Positions 33,006 to 45,208 of a DNA stretch of 64,000 nucleotides are shown here, one piece after another (positions within the stretch are counted from its first letter, which is position 1; every line of letters begins with the position of its first letter). A program made the translations under genes and the position numbers. The DNA comes from an uncultured Trueperaceae bacterium. Lineage in GTDB: Bacteria > Deinococcota > Deinococci > Deinococcales > Trueperaceae. Where the stretch lies: NCBI GenBank assembly GCA_963799485.1, contig CAWCXJ010000012.1, positions 137,172 through 201,171 on the forward strand. Direction: 5' to 3'. Under the pieces are notes generated by a model. That model was not told where the DNA came from, did no database searches, and saw nothing but the letters and a program-made list of their open reading frames with translations.

Positions 33006-34100
33006 GTGAAGGTGTTTCGTACTGCAGTTATATTTTTAGGCTTGCTCTTTCTGCTCCCGCTAGGGGCGGCGCAAGAGATTGCCGAACGTTCGACCCCTGA
33101 ACTGCTCCGCTACGGCAGGGCGCTTTATGAGCGGGGTGAGTGCTTTTCGTCGCGCTACTTGTTTCAGCAGGTGCTGGAGCGGGAGCCGCAAAATCCGGAA
33201 GCGCTCTCCGGCAAGGGCAGGGCGCTTATCTGCGAAGGGTCGTTCGACGAAGGCATCGGCGCGCTTGAACAGGTTGCCGAACTCGCCCCCAACGCGGTCG
33301 GCGTCTATACCCAGCTGGCTGAAGCGTATCTAGAGCAGTACCAGCGTGACCCGAAAACGCACGAGGGGCGGCTTCAAGACGCGCTCGGCGCGCTCGAGCA
33401 GGCCGACGCACAGGGCGCGAACAGCGCGGCAGTGATGAACCTGCGCGGCGTCGTCTACTACCGTCAGGGCGATTTGCAGCAGGCTAAAGACGCGCTCGAG
33501 CAAGCGACCGAACAAGCCCCCGATGTAGCCGACTATCAACGCAATCTGGGTCTCGTCTATGTGCAACTCGGTGATACCGAGGCGGCGGTAAAAACGCTGC
33601 GGCGGGCGGTTTCTTTAGAGCCCGACAATGCGCTCGGTCACAATCAGCTCGGTCAGGCGTACCTACTTTCAGAGCGCTGCGACGACGCGGTGTTCGAGTT
33701 GGAGCAGGCGGCGACGCTCGCCCCGAACGAAGCTGCGGTCAACCTCAACCTGGGCATTGCCAACTTCGACTGTAAAAACTTCGAAGCGGCGCGCCCCTAC
33801 TTCGAAAAGGTTATCGCGCTGGAACCGACCGCGTTCGCTCCGGCGTATACTTACCTAGCGCGGATCGACCTCGAGGCGAACGACTTCGACTCGGCTGTGA
33901 CGCAAGCGACCAAAGGGGCGCTCTTGCCCCCCGCCAACGCCGAAGCCTACTACTGGCTCGGTCAGGCGTATGCGGCGCGTGGCGGCACGGCAAGTGACGG
34001 TACGCTCGACAGCGATAAAGCCGAGGACGCCTACCGGCGGGCGCTCGAGCTAGACCCCTTGTACGTTCCGGCGCAAGACGCGCTGGACGCCGCTAGGTGA
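33006..34100 (+). CDS. Secreted tetratricopeptide-repeat protein
   Basis: Signal peptide; multiple TPR units (NLG..Y...G....A). Confidence 0.88.
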   Translation: MKVFRTAVIFLGLLFLLPLGAAQEIAERSTPELLRYGRALYERGECFSSRYLFQQVLEREPQNPEALSGKGRALICEGSFDEGIGALEQVAELAPNAVGVYTQLAEAYLEQYQRDPKTHEGRLQDALGALEQADAQGANSAAVMNLRGVVYYRQGDLQQAKDALEQATEQAPDVADYQRNLGLVYVQLGDTEAAVKTLRRAVSLEPDNALGHNQLGQAYLLSERCDDAVFELEQAATLAPNEAAVNLNLGIANFDCKNFEAARPYFEKVIALEPTAFAPAYTYLARIDLEANDFDSAVTQATKGALLPPANAEAYYWLGQAYAARGGTASDGTLDSDKAEDAYRRALELDPLYVPAQDALDAAR

Positions 34101-34216
34101 CACCAACACCGGGCACCCCCTAACGGGTTTTCAGAGGGCCGAAGCAGCAGCGGGATGTCTGCTTTACGCCTCACTTTGTAACCAAACTTTTGCTCAACGT
34201 CCCGCTCTGGAGGCAC

Positions 34217-35038
34217 ATGTCGTACTTAGGTATGAAACAACTGCTAGAGGCCGGGGTTCACTTCGGTCACGAAACCAAACGCTGGAACCCGAGGTTCAAG
34301 CGCTACATCTTTGCCGAGCGCAACGGGATTTTTATCATCGACTTGCAAAAGACACTGGTCGAGTCGGACAAGGCGTTCGAGTATCTCAAAGACACGGCGG
34401 CGCGTGGCGGTACCATCCTTTTCGTCGGTACCAAAAAGCAGGCGCAGGAGATTTTGGCGGCTGAAGCCAAGCGTTGCGGGATGCCGTACTTAAACGAGCG
34501 CTGGTTGGGCGGAACCTTAACCAACTTCAAGACCATCCGCGCCCGCGTCGAACGGCTCAAACAGCTCGAGGCCATGTTCGAAGACGAGTCGATCCTCCGC
34601 TACGGTAAAAAAGAGCAGATCGACCTCGGCAAAGAGTTGCAACGCTTGCAACGTTACCTGGGCGGTATCAAAGAGATGACCCGCCTGCCGGACGTGTTGT
34701 TCATTATCGACCCGACCAAAGAGGCGATTGCCGTGCGTGAGGCGAATAAGCTCGGGATTCCGGTCGTCGCTTTGGCCGACACCGATTCCGACCCGGACGT
34801 GCTCGACTACATCGTCCCCGGTAACGACGACGCCATCCGCTCGATTCAGCTGGTCACGGCGCGGCTTGCCGATACCATCGTCGAGGTACGTGGCGGCGCT
34901 GCCGACGCGCCCGCGCCGAGCGAAGCCGCTACCGACGAGGAAGGTCGCCAGACCATCCCGACGCCGCTGTCTTCGCCTGAACGCACCATCACCGAGGCAG
35001 CGCAGCGTGGCTCCGGCCCTGCCGACGACCAAGGTTAA
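34217..35038 (+). CDS. rpsB: 30S ribosomal protein S2
   Basis: [36 protein letters not shown]. Confidence 0.98.
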   Translation: MSYLGMKQLLEAGVHFGHETKRWNPRFKRYIFAERNGIFIIDLQKTLVESDKAFEYLKDTAARGGTILFVGTKKQAQEILAAEAKRCGMPYLNERWLGGTLTNFKTIRARVERLKQLEAMFEDESILRYGKKEQIDLGKELQRLQRYLGGIKEMTRLPDVLFIIDPTKEAIAVREANKLGIPVVALADTDSDPDVLDYIVPGNDDAIRSIQLVTARLADTIVEVRGGAADAPAPSEAATDEEGRQTIPTPLSSPERTITEAAQRGSGPADDQG

Positions 35039-35190
35039 ATAATCGGTTAGATAACCGGGCCTGAGCATTCACCCTCACTTCTCCGGCGGGGCCTTCGGGT
35101 CTCGCCTGTGCGCTGCCTACGCTTAAAGTGACGGTAGAACCAGTTACCTAAAACTCATACCTAAAACGCAGTACCCCGAAAGGAAATCTA

Positions 35191-35784
35191 ATGGCTGTTA
35201 CAATGGACGATATTAAAAAACTCCGCGCTATGACCGGCGCAGGCATGATGGACGTCAAAAAGACCCTCGAGGAAACAGACGGCGACGTCGAGCGCGCCGC
35301 AACGCTCTTGCGTGAACGCGGTATCGCCAAAGCTGCCAAAAAAGCCGACCGTGAAGCGCGTGAAGGCTTTGTCGGGTCGTATATTCACCACAACGGCAAG
35401 ATTGCGACCTTAGTCGAACTCAACTGCGAAACCGATTTTGTGGCCCGTAACGATCAGTTTCAGGCGCTCGCCCGCGACCTTGCAATTCACACCGCGATGG
35501 CGAACCCGGCCTATAAAAGCCGTGACGACGTACCCGCCGAGGTCATCGAAGCCGAACGCACGGTTCTGACCGAGCAGGCCAAGCAAGAGGGTAAGCCCGA
35601 CAACGTGGTCGCCAAAATGGTCGAAGGCCGAATCAACAAGTACCTGCAGGAAGTGTGCCTTTTGGAGCAGCCCTTTATCAAAGACGACAAAAAGACCGTC
35701 GAGCAGCTCGTCAAAGAAGCCGTTGCTACAATGGGTGAAAACATCCAGGTCGGTTCTTTTTACCGCATCGCTATCGGCGAATAA
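35191..35784 (+). CDS. tsf: Elongation factor Ts (short form)
   Basis: TGAGMMD, NCETDFVA. Confidence 0.97.
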   Translation: MAVTMDDIKKLRAMTGAGMMDVKKTLEETDGDVERAATLLRERGIAKAAKKADREAREGFVGSYIHHNGKIATLVELNCETDFVARNDQFQALARDLAIHTAMANPAYKSRDDVPAEVIEAERTVLTEQAKQEGKPDNVVAKMVEGRINKYLQEVCLLEQPFIKDDKKTVEQLVKEAVATMGENIQVGSFYRIAIGE

Positions 35785-35795
35785 TGCGGGCCTGA

Positions 35796-36515
<720 letters not shown>

Positions 36516-36537
36516 GCTGAGAATTAGAGGAGGAACT

Positions 36538-37101
36538 GTGAGCGAACTAGGGAGCATAACGTCGAGCCTCCGGGCGAGCATGGAAAAAACCCTCGAGGCG
36601 TTTGAAAACAATATCGGTATGGTCAGGACGGGCCGCGCCAATCCTGCCGTTTTGAACCGTATCCAGGTCGATTATTACGGCTCGAGTACCCCCTTGAATC
36701 AGCTGGCGACGGTCTCGAGCCCCGACCCCCGGACACTGCTGATTACGCCGTTCGACAAAAGTGCTATCCGCGAGATCGAACGGGCTATTCGTGAGAGCGA
36801 CCTGGGTTTCAACCCGAACAACCGTGGCGACAACATCTTTATCAGCGTTCCGGCGTTAAACGACGAGCGCCGCCGCGCCCTGGTCAAGCAGGTCAAAAAC
36901 ATGGCGGAAGAGGCCAAAGTTGCGCTCCGTAACCACCGCCGCGACGCCAACGACGAACTCAAAGAGTACCGTAAAGAAAACCTTTTGACCGAAGACGACG
37001 TGCGTCAGGGCGAGGGTGAAGTGCAGAAATTGACCGATACTTACGTCGGAACGATTGACAAACGGGTCAAGGCCAAAGAAGAAGACATTATGGCGGTGTA
37101 G
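36538..37101 (+). CDS. frr: Ribosome recycling factor
   Basis: RTGRANP, VDYYG, RNHRRD. Confidence 0.97.
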   Translation: MSELGSITSSLRASMEKTLEAFENNIGMVRTGRANPAVLNRIQVDYYGSSTPLNQLATVSSPDPRTLLITPFDKSAIREIERAIRESDLGFNPNNRGDNIFISVPALNDERRRALVKQVKNMAEEAKVALRNHRRDANDELKEYRKENLLTEDDVRQGEGEVQKLTDTYVGTIDKRVKAKEEDIMAV

Positions 37102-37507
37102 GCTCATATCAAGTTGCTGCCCCTAAACCATAAAGTCTCGCGGTCTATACGGGGAGGTTTTACGGTTCAGGACACTTAACGCTTCTACTTGACGCTTCGT
37201 GGCAACTGCCGAAAACGTCCTGGTAAATCTCCCCTGAGCTGTCCCTAAACGTCAAAGTTCGGGCGGCGCTTTTATCTAGCCGTGCTCAGCGCGGAACGTT
37301 GCCGTAACCGCTGCTGTAACCGCTTGTAGTAACCGGAGCTCTCGGGCCTCGAGGTCGGCTTGGGGCGTGCGCGGCACATCACCGTGGTTGCCGGGTTTTG
37401 CCGTGACAAAAGCCCGAGGCTCGAGTCGTGTGTAGCCGACACCGATACAACTGCTCCCGTTTAACTCTGCGGGAGCAGTTGAAGATTTAGGTTTAGTGCC
37501 GGCGACG

Positions 37508-39406
37508 TTACTTCTGCGAGGTACCCGCCACGAGCGCCGGTTCGCCGATGGCCCCGGCATTTTGCGGTACAGCTTCCTGGAGTGCGCGCTCGTCCGGAAT
37601 ACCTTTGCGAAGCGGCAATTCGGGGATAAAGAAAACGATAAGCGTGCCCACGGCGATAATGGCAAAGCTGACCCAAAAGAGCAGGCGGATGCTCTCGGCA
37701 AAGCCTTGTTCGACAGCCCTCAAGACCTGCGCCGAAAGCGTTTGGGCCTGCGTGTTGAGTCCTGCTCGCAGCTGCTCGAGTGCCTGCGCCTTGGCTGCCG
37801 CTGAAAGCGGTGGTGCAGCCCGAACGAGGTCTTTGACTTGTGCCGGGGTCTGTGCGCCGTTTAGCAGCGCCACGCGCGCCGCTGCGTTCCCGCCGACTGC
37901 CGCCTCGGTTTGCGCGTAAAGCCGGTCGAACCCGGCGGCAATGCTCGCGCCGATATCGCCTCCTGCGCCCGCACCCTGGAGCGCGCCGATATCGAACTTC
38001 TGCGACTGCAACGCCGGAATATCCGGCAGATGTTTGGGAATCGCCGTCCCGACGCTGAGCGTCAGCAGCGAGCCGAAAACCGCTAAACCGATGGTCGAAC
38101 CGATCTGCCGAAAAAACTGGCTTGCGCCCGTTGCCACGCCGAGTTGAGCTTGCGGTACGGCGTTTTGAATTGCCAGGGTAAAAAGGCTTTGCGCCGGGCC
38201 GAGGCCGATACCGACGATCACCATCCGCCAGGCAAGCCCGAGCTGGGTCGTATCCAGACTGATGCTCGTCAGGGTAAAGACGCCTGCGAGCAGCATGAGC
38301 GACCCGAAGATCATAAAGAGTTTGTAGCGCCCGGTGCGCGTGACCAAGAGCCCCGTCAGCGTCGAACTGGCGATCAGCCCCGCCATCAGCGGTAACAGCG
38401 TAAACCCGGAATTGGTCGCGCTGATGCCCAGTACCAGCTGCATAAAGAGCGGCAAGAACATGATGATGCCCAAAAACGCGATGTTGATGATAAACGACGC
38501 GCCGTTGGCGATGCTAAAGACCGGCACGCGGAACAGCTCGAGCGGCAAAATCGGGTTTTTTACGCGCAATTCGACCACTACAAACATAACGAGCGAAAGT
38601 GCCGCGACCCCGAACAAAATCAAAATCGTCGGTGAGGCCCACGGATAGGTCGAACCGCCCCAGGTCAGCGCCAACAGCAGCGGCACGAACGCGCTCAGGA
38701 TGAGCCCGGCCCCGGCAAAGTCGATCTTGCCGCCGCCCGACCCGGCTTTCAGGAGCGGCATTTTGCTGGCAATCAGATAGAGCGCGACAAGTCCGAGCGG
38801 AAGGTTCACGTAAAACACCCAGCGCCAGCCCGCGACGGCGTAGCCGAGGAGCGTCACGGAGCCGTGGTCGGTAAAAAAGCCGCCGATTATCGGGCCGAGT
38901 ACCGACGCGAGGCCGAACACGCCGCCGAACAGCCCCTGATAGCGGCCCCGTTCGGCGGGTGGGAAGATGTCGGCGATGATGGCAAACGCGCTCGAGAACA
39001 GCGCCGCACCGCCCAAGCCCTGAATCGCCCGGAAGACGATCAGCTGCGTCATCCCCGAACCGAGCAGCGGCAGCGCGCCGAACTCCCCGGCCAGCCCGCA
39101 GAGCACCGAACCAACCAGAAAGAGCGAGACGCCGAAGCTCAAAATCGGTTTGCGCCCGTACATGTCGGACAACTTGCCGTAAATCGGCACCATCACGGTT
39201 GAGGCGAGCAAATACGCGGTCGTCACCCAGGTGTAGAGCGACAAACCGTCGAGGTCGGCGATAATACGCGGCATGGCGGTCGAGACAATCGTGTTGTCGA
39301 GCGCGCCGAGCAAAAAGACGACGAGCACTGCGCCGAGCGTGAGGTTGCGCTCGCTTTTGGTAAATGCGCGCTGAGCCACTTGAGTTTGAGCTATAGGTTG
39401 AGACAT
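37508..39406 (-). CDS. DHA2 (EmrB/QacA-type) MFS efflux transporter
   Basis: [26 protein letters not shown]; large loop before the last TM. Confidence 0.93.
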   Translation of the reverse strand: MSQPIAQTQVAQRAFTKSERNLTLGAVLVVFLLGALDNTIVSTAMPRIIADLDGLSLYTWVTTAYLLASTVMVPIYGKLSDMYGRKPILSFGVSLFLVGSVLCGLAGEFGALPLLGSGMTQLIVFRAIQGLGGAALFSSAFAIIADIFPPAERGRYQGLFGGVFGLASVLGPIIGGFFTDHGSVTLLGYAVAGWRWVFYVNLPLGLVALYLIASKMPLLKAGSGGGKIDFAGAGLILSAFVPLLLALTWGGSTYPWASPTILILFGVAALSLVMFVVVELRVKNPILPLELFRVPVFSIANGASFIINIAFLGIIMFLPLFMQLVLGISATNSGFTLLPLMAGLIASSTLTGLLVTRTGRYKLFMIFGSLMLLAGVFTLTSISLDTTQLGLAWRMVIVGIGLGPAQSLFTLAIQNAVPQAQLGVATGASQFFRQIGSTIGLAVFGSLLTLSVGTAIPKHLPDIPALQSQKFDIGALQGAGAGGDIGASIAAGFDRLYAQTEAAVGGNAAARVALLNGAQTPAQVKDLVRAAPPLSAAAKAQALEQLRAGLNTQAQTLSAQVLRAVEQGFAESIRLLFWVSFAIIAVGTLIVFFIPELPLRKGIPDERALQEAVPQNAGAIGEPALVAGTSQK

Positions 39407-39900
39407 TATTCTCCTACGGGTGTAAGGTCGGGCGTTTTTTTAGCGTTATCAGGTGAAGCATTGAGCTGGTCGCTCAGGGTCTCGAGTAAACCCAGAAACT
39501 GTTCTTGAGCGTCGCCGAGGCCGGCAAGAAAGGGCTCGAGCAGCCCTTCGACGCTGCCGCGCACTTCAGCGTGTAACTTTTTTCCGGCAGGGGTCGTCTC
39601 GAGGCGTGTCCGGCGCGAATCGTGTGCGTCGATTGCCTTTTCTATCAAACCCGCCTGAAAAAGCGTTTGCAAAATCCGACTCGTCGTATCTTTGGGGAGT
39701 TTGAGGCGTTCGGCAAGTTCGGTCGGATAACGCACGCCTCTTGCAATCGCTGCGAGTACCAGAAAATCTCGGTACGAGAGGCCGTGCGTAGTTTCCAGAA
39801 GAGGATTGACGTAATCGTGAACAGCGCGGCCGATACGCCAATGCGCGGCAAAAAAGCGGGAAGCGGCTGAGCTTGGAGGGGGAGTGTCGGGTGGATGCAT
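39406..39900 (-). CDS. MarR family regulator
   Basis: Winged HTH, DAHDSRR...TPAG. Confidence 0.9.
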   Translation of the reverse strand: MHPPDTPPPSSAASRFFAAHWRIGRAVHDYVNPLLETTHGLSYRDFLVLAAIARGVRYPTELAERLKLPKDTTSRILQTLFQAGLIEKAIDAHDSRRTRLETTPAGKKLHAEVRGSVEGLLEPFLAGLGDAQEQFLGLLETLSDQLNASPDNAKKTPDLTPVGE

Positions 39901-39905
39901 ACCTC

Positions 39906-39960
39906 AATAGTTGTACGCCTAACTAGTTGAATATTTCAACTATCTACGAGCACAACTATT
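39906..39960. promoter_or_regulatory. Probable MarR operator array
   Basis: TAGTTGAA-TAT-TTCAACTA (39924-39942) flanked symmetrically by AATAGTTGT and ACAACTATT. Confidence 0.75.
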
Positions 39961-40275
39961 TTATATTCTCTGAAACCTGCTGTTACCGGACCGTGCCGTA
40001 AATCTCGCGTATCACCTAGGTAAAACCCGTCACCCTGATGAACCTGAAGTCAGGCGAGGGGGTTTTCGCCTGCCGAACGCTCGGTTTACGGCGGTTCAGC
40101 AGGCTCTAAGTAGCGTTTACGCCTTGGGATAGACCGTTACCACTGCAACAACCGGCACCGCGATTTCGGGAAAAAGGTCGCGCCCCTGTGTAACTGTCGA
40201 GGCCAAACGGGCCGAGCGTACCGAAAACGCTGACGGTCGCCACGTAGCGGGTCACAAACAGTCTTACCGGATTTT

Positions 40276-41532
40276 TCACGGCTGATCCGCGAGGACACTG
40301 ACCGGCACGCCGTCCTGGAGGTCGGACGGCACCGGATAAACGACCCGGGTGCCCGGTTGCAACCCCCGGACGATGATTTCGTCACCGGCTTCGTTGACGA
40401 CGTTGACCGCCTGACGTTGGGTCGCGCCGCCTGTAACGGTAAATACGTAACTCTGACCGCCGCTCGTTTGCACCGCCCCGGAGGGAAGTTTGATCCCCTG
40501 GGCCAGCGTCAGCTCGTAGTCGAGCTGCGTCACCGTACCGGTCGGAATCCGGTCTTCGGACGGGTAGAGCTTGGCCGTAACTTCAACCAGCCGGGTCTGC
40601 CCCGGAACCTGCGACGTGCGGAGAATCTGCGCGGCGTAGTCGAGCCCGCTATAGCTGATCCAGACCTGCCCGGCCTCTTGAAGGCGGGTGGCGTCTTCGA
40701 CCGGGACGCTAAAGCGGGCGAGCTGCTCCTCGGAGCTGACCAGTCTAAAAGCGGGGCTACCCGCGCCGATAAACTCGCCCTGTTCGACGAGCACCTCGGC
40801 GACTTCACCCGCGTAAGGTGCGGTGATGTTGGTTTCGGCGAGGGCGCGTTCGGCCTGACGCAGCTGGGTTTCGGCTCCCTGAATCTGCAAGCGGAGCAGC
40901 TCCAAGTTTTCACTCGGTGCGCGCTCTGCCTGCGCGAGCGCGTCTTGTGTCTGCTGGTACGCCGCCTGCGCGCTCTCGAGCTGCGCTTTGAGCTGGGTCA
41001 GCTCGGTTTGCGCGATGCCGCCCGAACCGAATAACCGCTGCCCCTGCGTGTACTGCTGCCGGGCTAGCTCGAGGTTCGTCTCTGCGCCTCTTAGCGCATC
41101 TTGCGTTTGGGTCAGGCTGTCCCGCGCCGCACGCTGGGCGCTCGTCAGGTTGATGCGGGCGCTCTGCACGGCGGTGCGCGCACTGTCTACCTGAAGTTGC
41201 AGGTCTACCGGGTCGAGCCGAACCACGGTGTCACCCGCGCTCACCCCGCTGCCCGTTTGCATGACGATACTCGCCACTTGCCCGGAGGTACCCGCCGCCA
41301 CCTGACTGTCCTGCGCCGGTTCGATCGTTACCGAGGCGCTCCGCGAGGTGCTGAGGGTTCCTCGCTCGGCCACGACGACGCGCACTGCGCGGGTTGCCGC
41401 CGACCCCGGCGTCCCGGCCTGAGCGCTGTTTTGGGCGCTAGCTTGGGTGCTGTCCTGGGCGTTGGCCGGGTTGCACACAGCGAGTGCGGCGACGAGCACT
41501 GCGAACAGTAGCGGCGTTAGCTTGGCGTTCAT
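40276..41532 (-). CDS. Efflux periplasmic adaptor (membrane fusion protein)
   Basis: Lipoyl-like halves flanking a long coiled coil, ITAPYAGEV. Confidence 0.9.
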   Translation of the reverse strand: MNAKLTPLLFAVLVAALAVCNPANAQDSTQASAQNSAQAGTPGSAATRAVRVVVAERGTLSTSRSASVTIEPAQDSQVAAGTSGQVASIVMQTGSGVSAGDTVVRLDPVDLQLQVDSARTAVQSARINLTSAQRAARDSLTQTQDALRGAETNLELARQQYTQGQRLFGSGGIAQTELTQLKAQLESAQAAYQQTQDALAQAERAPSENLELLRLQIQGAETQLRQAERALAETNITAPYAGEVAEVLVEQGEFIGAGSPAFRLVSSEEQLARFSVPVEDATRLQEAGQVWISYSGLDYAAQILRTSQVPGQTRLVEVTAKLYPSEDRIPTGTVTQLDYELTLAQGIKLPSGAVQTSGGQSYVFTVTGGATQRQAVNVVNEAGDEIIVRGLQPGTRVVYPVPSDLQDGVPVSVLADQP

Positions 41533-42599
41533 TTTTCCTCCTGATGGCTGGCGGTTCTAGGATTAGGCGGCGGGGCGTCGAGTTCAGCGGGCCCGGCGAG
41601 GTCGACGAGGGTGCCGCTTTGCAGCTCGAGCAGCGCGTTTAACAGGTCGTAGCGTGCGCTCTGCGCGCCCTGTTCGGCCTGGGCACGTTGCAACTCGGCT
41701 TGGCTGAGCGCCAGTCTCGAGATCAGGCCGCCTTTGAAACGTTGCTGCTGGGCCGCTAAGCGTTCGTCTGTATTTTGCAGCGTTTCTTGCGCCACCCGGT
41801 AGCGCTCTCTGGCGCTTTGCGCCTGGTTAAAGAGCGTGCGTACCTGGATACGAAAACCGCGCCGGGCTTCGGCGTCGCCGGCACGCGCGTTGGCGAGTGC
41901 GCTTTGGGCACCCTCGAGCTGCGTCGGGGACGCGTAAGACGGGTCGAGCACCGCGTCGGCAAGTTCCGCCCCGGCAAGTTCCTGCGCGGCCTGCACGACG
42001 GTCGGGTGCCGCGTCGCCGCCTCGAAGACGGTGTCGAGTGCGGGAACCGGGACGAGATAAGCATCGGAAAAGTCGGTCAGTTGTGCGGCGCTAAGCTCGC
42101 GGCCCAACAGACCCGCTAAGTTACTCAGCGCGACGTTTAGCCCGTCCTGGGCCGAACGCAGCCCGTTACGGGCTTCGTCCAGACTGACCTGCGCTTCATC
42201 GACGTCGGTTTGCACCGCGCTCCCACCCTCGAGCCGGATTTGGGCCAACTCGCGGGCTTTTTCGCCGAGCGCCTCCCCGCGCCGCGCGACGGTTACCCCT
42301 TCGCGCGCCTCCAACACACCCGTATAGGCCGAGGCGATCTCCTGGAGCGCCGCATAAAAGGTCTGTACATAGGTGACCCGGGCGAGTTCTAGACGCTGCC
42401 GTGCCTGAAGCTTGTCGCTCCGCACCGTAAGGGGGTCTCTTTCGACCCGCTGCCGGTTGAGCGCGGCGTCTTGCAGCTCGGTACGCGCGCTCAAGACGGC
42501 GGGTCGCTGCGGCGCTTGCCGCAGCGCGTCGGTCAGACTCAGGAGGGCTTGTGCTTGAGCAGACGCGATAAGCAGGACCAGGACGAAAAACCATTTCAC
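41529..42599 (-). CDS. TolC family outer-membrane factor
   Basis: Signal peptide, OEP-like helices (RLEGG...D, RFKGGLIS). Confidence 0.8.
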   Translation of the reverse strand: MKWFFVLVLLIASAQAQALLSLTDALRQAPQRPAVLSARTELQDAALNRQRVERDPLTVRSDKLQARQRLELARVTYVQTFYAALQEIASAYTGVLEAREGVTVARRGEALGEKARELAQIRLEGGSAVQTDVDEAQVSLDEARNGLRSAQDGLNVALSNLAGLLGRELSAAQLTDFSDAYLVPVPALDTVFEAATRHPTVVQAAQELAGAELADAVLDPSYASPTQLEGAQSALANARAGDAEARRGFRIQVRTLFNQAQSARERYRVAQETLQNTDERLAAQQQRFKGGLISRLALSQAELQRAQAEQGAQSARYDLLNALLELQSGTLVDLAGPAELDAPPPNPRTASHQEEK

Positions 42600-44314
42600 C
42601 CTAGTACCTCCGAAGGGGGTAACGCGTAAAAGCCGTAAATGTCGAGCAGCGCTTGCAGGGCGCTCTGCCGCGCCTGGCGCAACTCCAAAGCTGTTTGTAA
42701 CAGTTCTACGAGCGCCTGCTGCGTTTCGAGCGGCGTGATCAAACCGAGTTCCTGACGCTGCTGATTCTCCCTAAAGTCTGCCTGCGCGTTGCGAAACTGA
42801 AGCTGCTCGAGCGTCAGGGTGCGCTCTGCTTGTACCCGGCTGCTTCTCAGCGCGGCCCTTTGTACCGCGGCCCCGGCGCGGCTCGCCTGCAACCCGGCGC
42901 GCGCGGCCCCCAGCTGCTCTTTGGCAGCGTCAAGCGCGTCAAAACCACCAAGCGGAATCGTTGCCGAAACCCCCACCGTAAAATTGCTCCGGATAGCACT
43001 CTCAGGCAGCGTGCGGGCCGGATTCTGATAGCTGTAGCCGACGCTCGGTTGCAGGGTGCGCGACTCGATCGAGGCGGAAAGCGAAGATCTGTCGTCCAGG
43101 TTGTAATTGTAACTCGCCTGTACCGTCGGATAGACCTCGCGGCGCGCGCCACCGACCCCGACTGCGGCCTGCGCGACGGGAACTTCGGCGCGCAGTACCG
43201 CCAGGGGCGTTCTGGTCGGAGGTTGAGGCAGCGCTGCCAGAAGTTCAAAGCTGGGCGCGGGCGTATCGCCGACCAGGTTCGTAAGATTCAGCCGGGCAAC
43301 CGCGACGTTCTCGCGGGCGTTCCGGGCAAAGTTCTGCGCTTCTTGAAAGTTCACCTGGGCGTCACGCAGCTCGCGCGCGTTGGCTGCGCCCAGCTCGAAG
43401 CGCGTCCGCGTCGCAGCGAGCGCGTCTTGGGCCAGCGCCACGCCTTCTTGTGAGAGTTCCAAAGACTGTTCGGCAAGCCGCAGGTTGAGCGCCGCGCCGA
43501 GGGCGCGCGTCTCGAGCCCGGTCAAGGCTTCGCGGTAGTCGAGCAAGCTGTTTCTGACGGCGAGTTCTGCCTGACGCACGGCGTCGGCCACGTCACCAAA
43601 AGGAAAAGGCCGAAAGCTCACGTTCGCCGAAACCTGTTCGGACGTGGTCGGGATGCCCCCCTCGGCTTGGCTGACAGCAAGCCCCTGTGCGGTTACGGCG
43701 TCCTTTAGCCTCAGGCTGGTCAGGCCCGCTGTGGTCTCGAGCTGCGCCGGGCCGCGCAGGGCTTTTAACTGCGCTTCGGCAGCCCGCAGCGCGGCGCGGG
43801 CGGCGGCAAGCTCAGGGTTCCCGGCGAGCGCCGCGAAAAAGGTGTCGAGCTGCGCCTGCCGCGCCGCGAGCGCCGCTTCCTGCGCTTGCAATTTTTTTAG
43901 CCGTGCTTGCAAGGCTGCCGCGCGCGGCTCCAACGCCTCGAAACGCGCCTGTAACGCGGCCTTTTGAGCGGTAAGCGCGGTTTTTTGCAACTTCAGCGCC
44001 TGCTGCTGCGCGCCGGAGCCGCGTTGTTGTGCCAACGCTTCTTCCTGTCTGCTCAAGGCTTGCGCTTGGGTCGCTAACGCTTCTCGCTGCGTTTCCAGGC
44101 CACGCCGCTCCTGTTGCAGTTCTGCTTCCTGCGCTTCCAGCACTGCGCGCCTGGCTTTTAGCGCCTGCGCGGTGGGGACAGGTGCAGTGTTCTCGAGTGC
44201 AGGTATTTGTGCTTGTTGTACATCTTGTGCGGAAGCAGAGGTGAGGGCCGCGCTCGTTGCGAGGGCTACCACCAAAAGCAGCGCAGGTAAAGCCGGCGTG
44301 CGAACTAGTGCCAC
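42596..44314 (-). CDS. TolC family outer-membrane factor with N-terminal coiled coil
   Basis: NPEL, RFELGAA, ELGLIT OEP motifs; Gln/Ala/Leu heptads at N-terminus. Confidence 0.8.
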   Translation of the reverse strand: MALVRTPALPALLLVVALATSAALTSASAQDVQQAQIPALENTAPVPTAQALKARRAVLEAQEAELQQERRGLETQREALATQAQALSRQEEALAQQRGSGAQQQALKLQKTALTAQKAALQARFEALEPRAAALQARLKKLQAQEAALAARQAQLDTFFAALAGNPELAAARAALRAAEAQLKALRGPAQLETTAGLTSLRLKDAVTAQGLAVSQAEGGIPTTSEQVSANVSFRPFPFGDVADAVRQAELAVRNSLLDYREALTGLETRALGAALNLRLAEQSLELSQEGVALAQDALAATRTRFELGAANARELRDAQVNFQEAQNFARNARENVAVARLNLTNLVGDTPAPSFELLAALPQPPTRTPLAVLRAEVPVAQAAVGVGGARREVYPTVQASYNYNLDDRSSLSASIESRTLQPSVGYSYQNPARTLPESAIRSNFTVGVSATIPLGGFDALDAAKEQLGAARAGLQASRAGAAVQRAALRSSRVQAERTLTLEQLQFRNAQADFRENQQRQELGLITPLETQQALVELLQTALELRQARQSALQALLDIYGFYALPPSEVLG

Positions 44315-45108
44315 TGCCGCTCCTGCCGTTTGGTACGACCGGGGTTACTAGCGACCAGCTTGCCGGGTCTTGATAGCGTCTTCCTTGGTGTACGCTGAGC
44401 TGTAGGGTGTAGCAGAAATTCCATACAGACAGTATAGGCAGACCTTGTAAAGAGTTCTGCAAGCGGATGTAAAGATTGGGCGAAGACCGGAGTTTGGTAA
44501 CGTCTTTTCGGGAGATGCACTTGTAATTGATCGCTGATTGTCTTTACAAATGTACGGCTGGTACCCTTGCTGGTTTATCTCGCTAAAATGTTTGCGCCGA
44601 CACGCCGGACAGCCTCAAAGAACATCGAGCTTAGGTAGCTCGAGCCGCCTGCAAGTCATCACCTACTGAATCCTACGTGGTTATCCGGGAAGTCGGGATG
44701 GTCGCCTTGAAATCAGCTCACTTTTCACCCGCCCGGAGCACCGTCAAAAGCCAGCAGTGCAGCCCCGGGCAGATAGCCGAGCAGCACGGTACAACGCCCG
44801 GAACCTTTCCCCGACCGGTCGGCCCGGACGAGTACGGTAGAACCGTCCCGACGCTGACCTGTCCGAGCGGCGAAACGTCTTTCTACGATCGCCCTTAGCA
44901 GATATCTTCTGGTCGGCGATACCTTCTGTCTAAACTTCGCTGACCGGCACGCACACTTAATAATGACACCTGTATCGCTCGTGGAAATGCCCATAGACAA
45001 AACGGCGTAAAAACTTCCCCGGGCGCTCTTTCCAGCCGTCGCCGTGTCAAAAATCGGCTGCCGTTTTACCCTTTCAACGTTTCAGCCCGCCAAAAGCGCC
45101 GCGCCACG

Positions 45109-45137
45109 TTGACGCTTTTTTGTCTAAAACTTATACT
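45109..45137 (+). promoter_or_regulatory. Sigma70-type promoter of the urate operon
   Basis: TTGACG-N17-TATACT. Confidence 0.7.
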
Positions 45138-45208
45138 CGCTTCACGGTTTCCGCGCGCCCGGTTTCGTGAAACAGTTACATTTTGCCCGGACACCCGACA
45201 GGAGACCG

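Noticed and set aside
44725..45000. Possible FabZ-like remnant (AKFRQKVSP)
   Set aside because: Similarity limited to a few residues; cannot be supported
45140..45205. Purine or xanthine riboswitch before uraD
   Set aside because: Leader is short with one weak hairpin; no riboswitch consensus recognised
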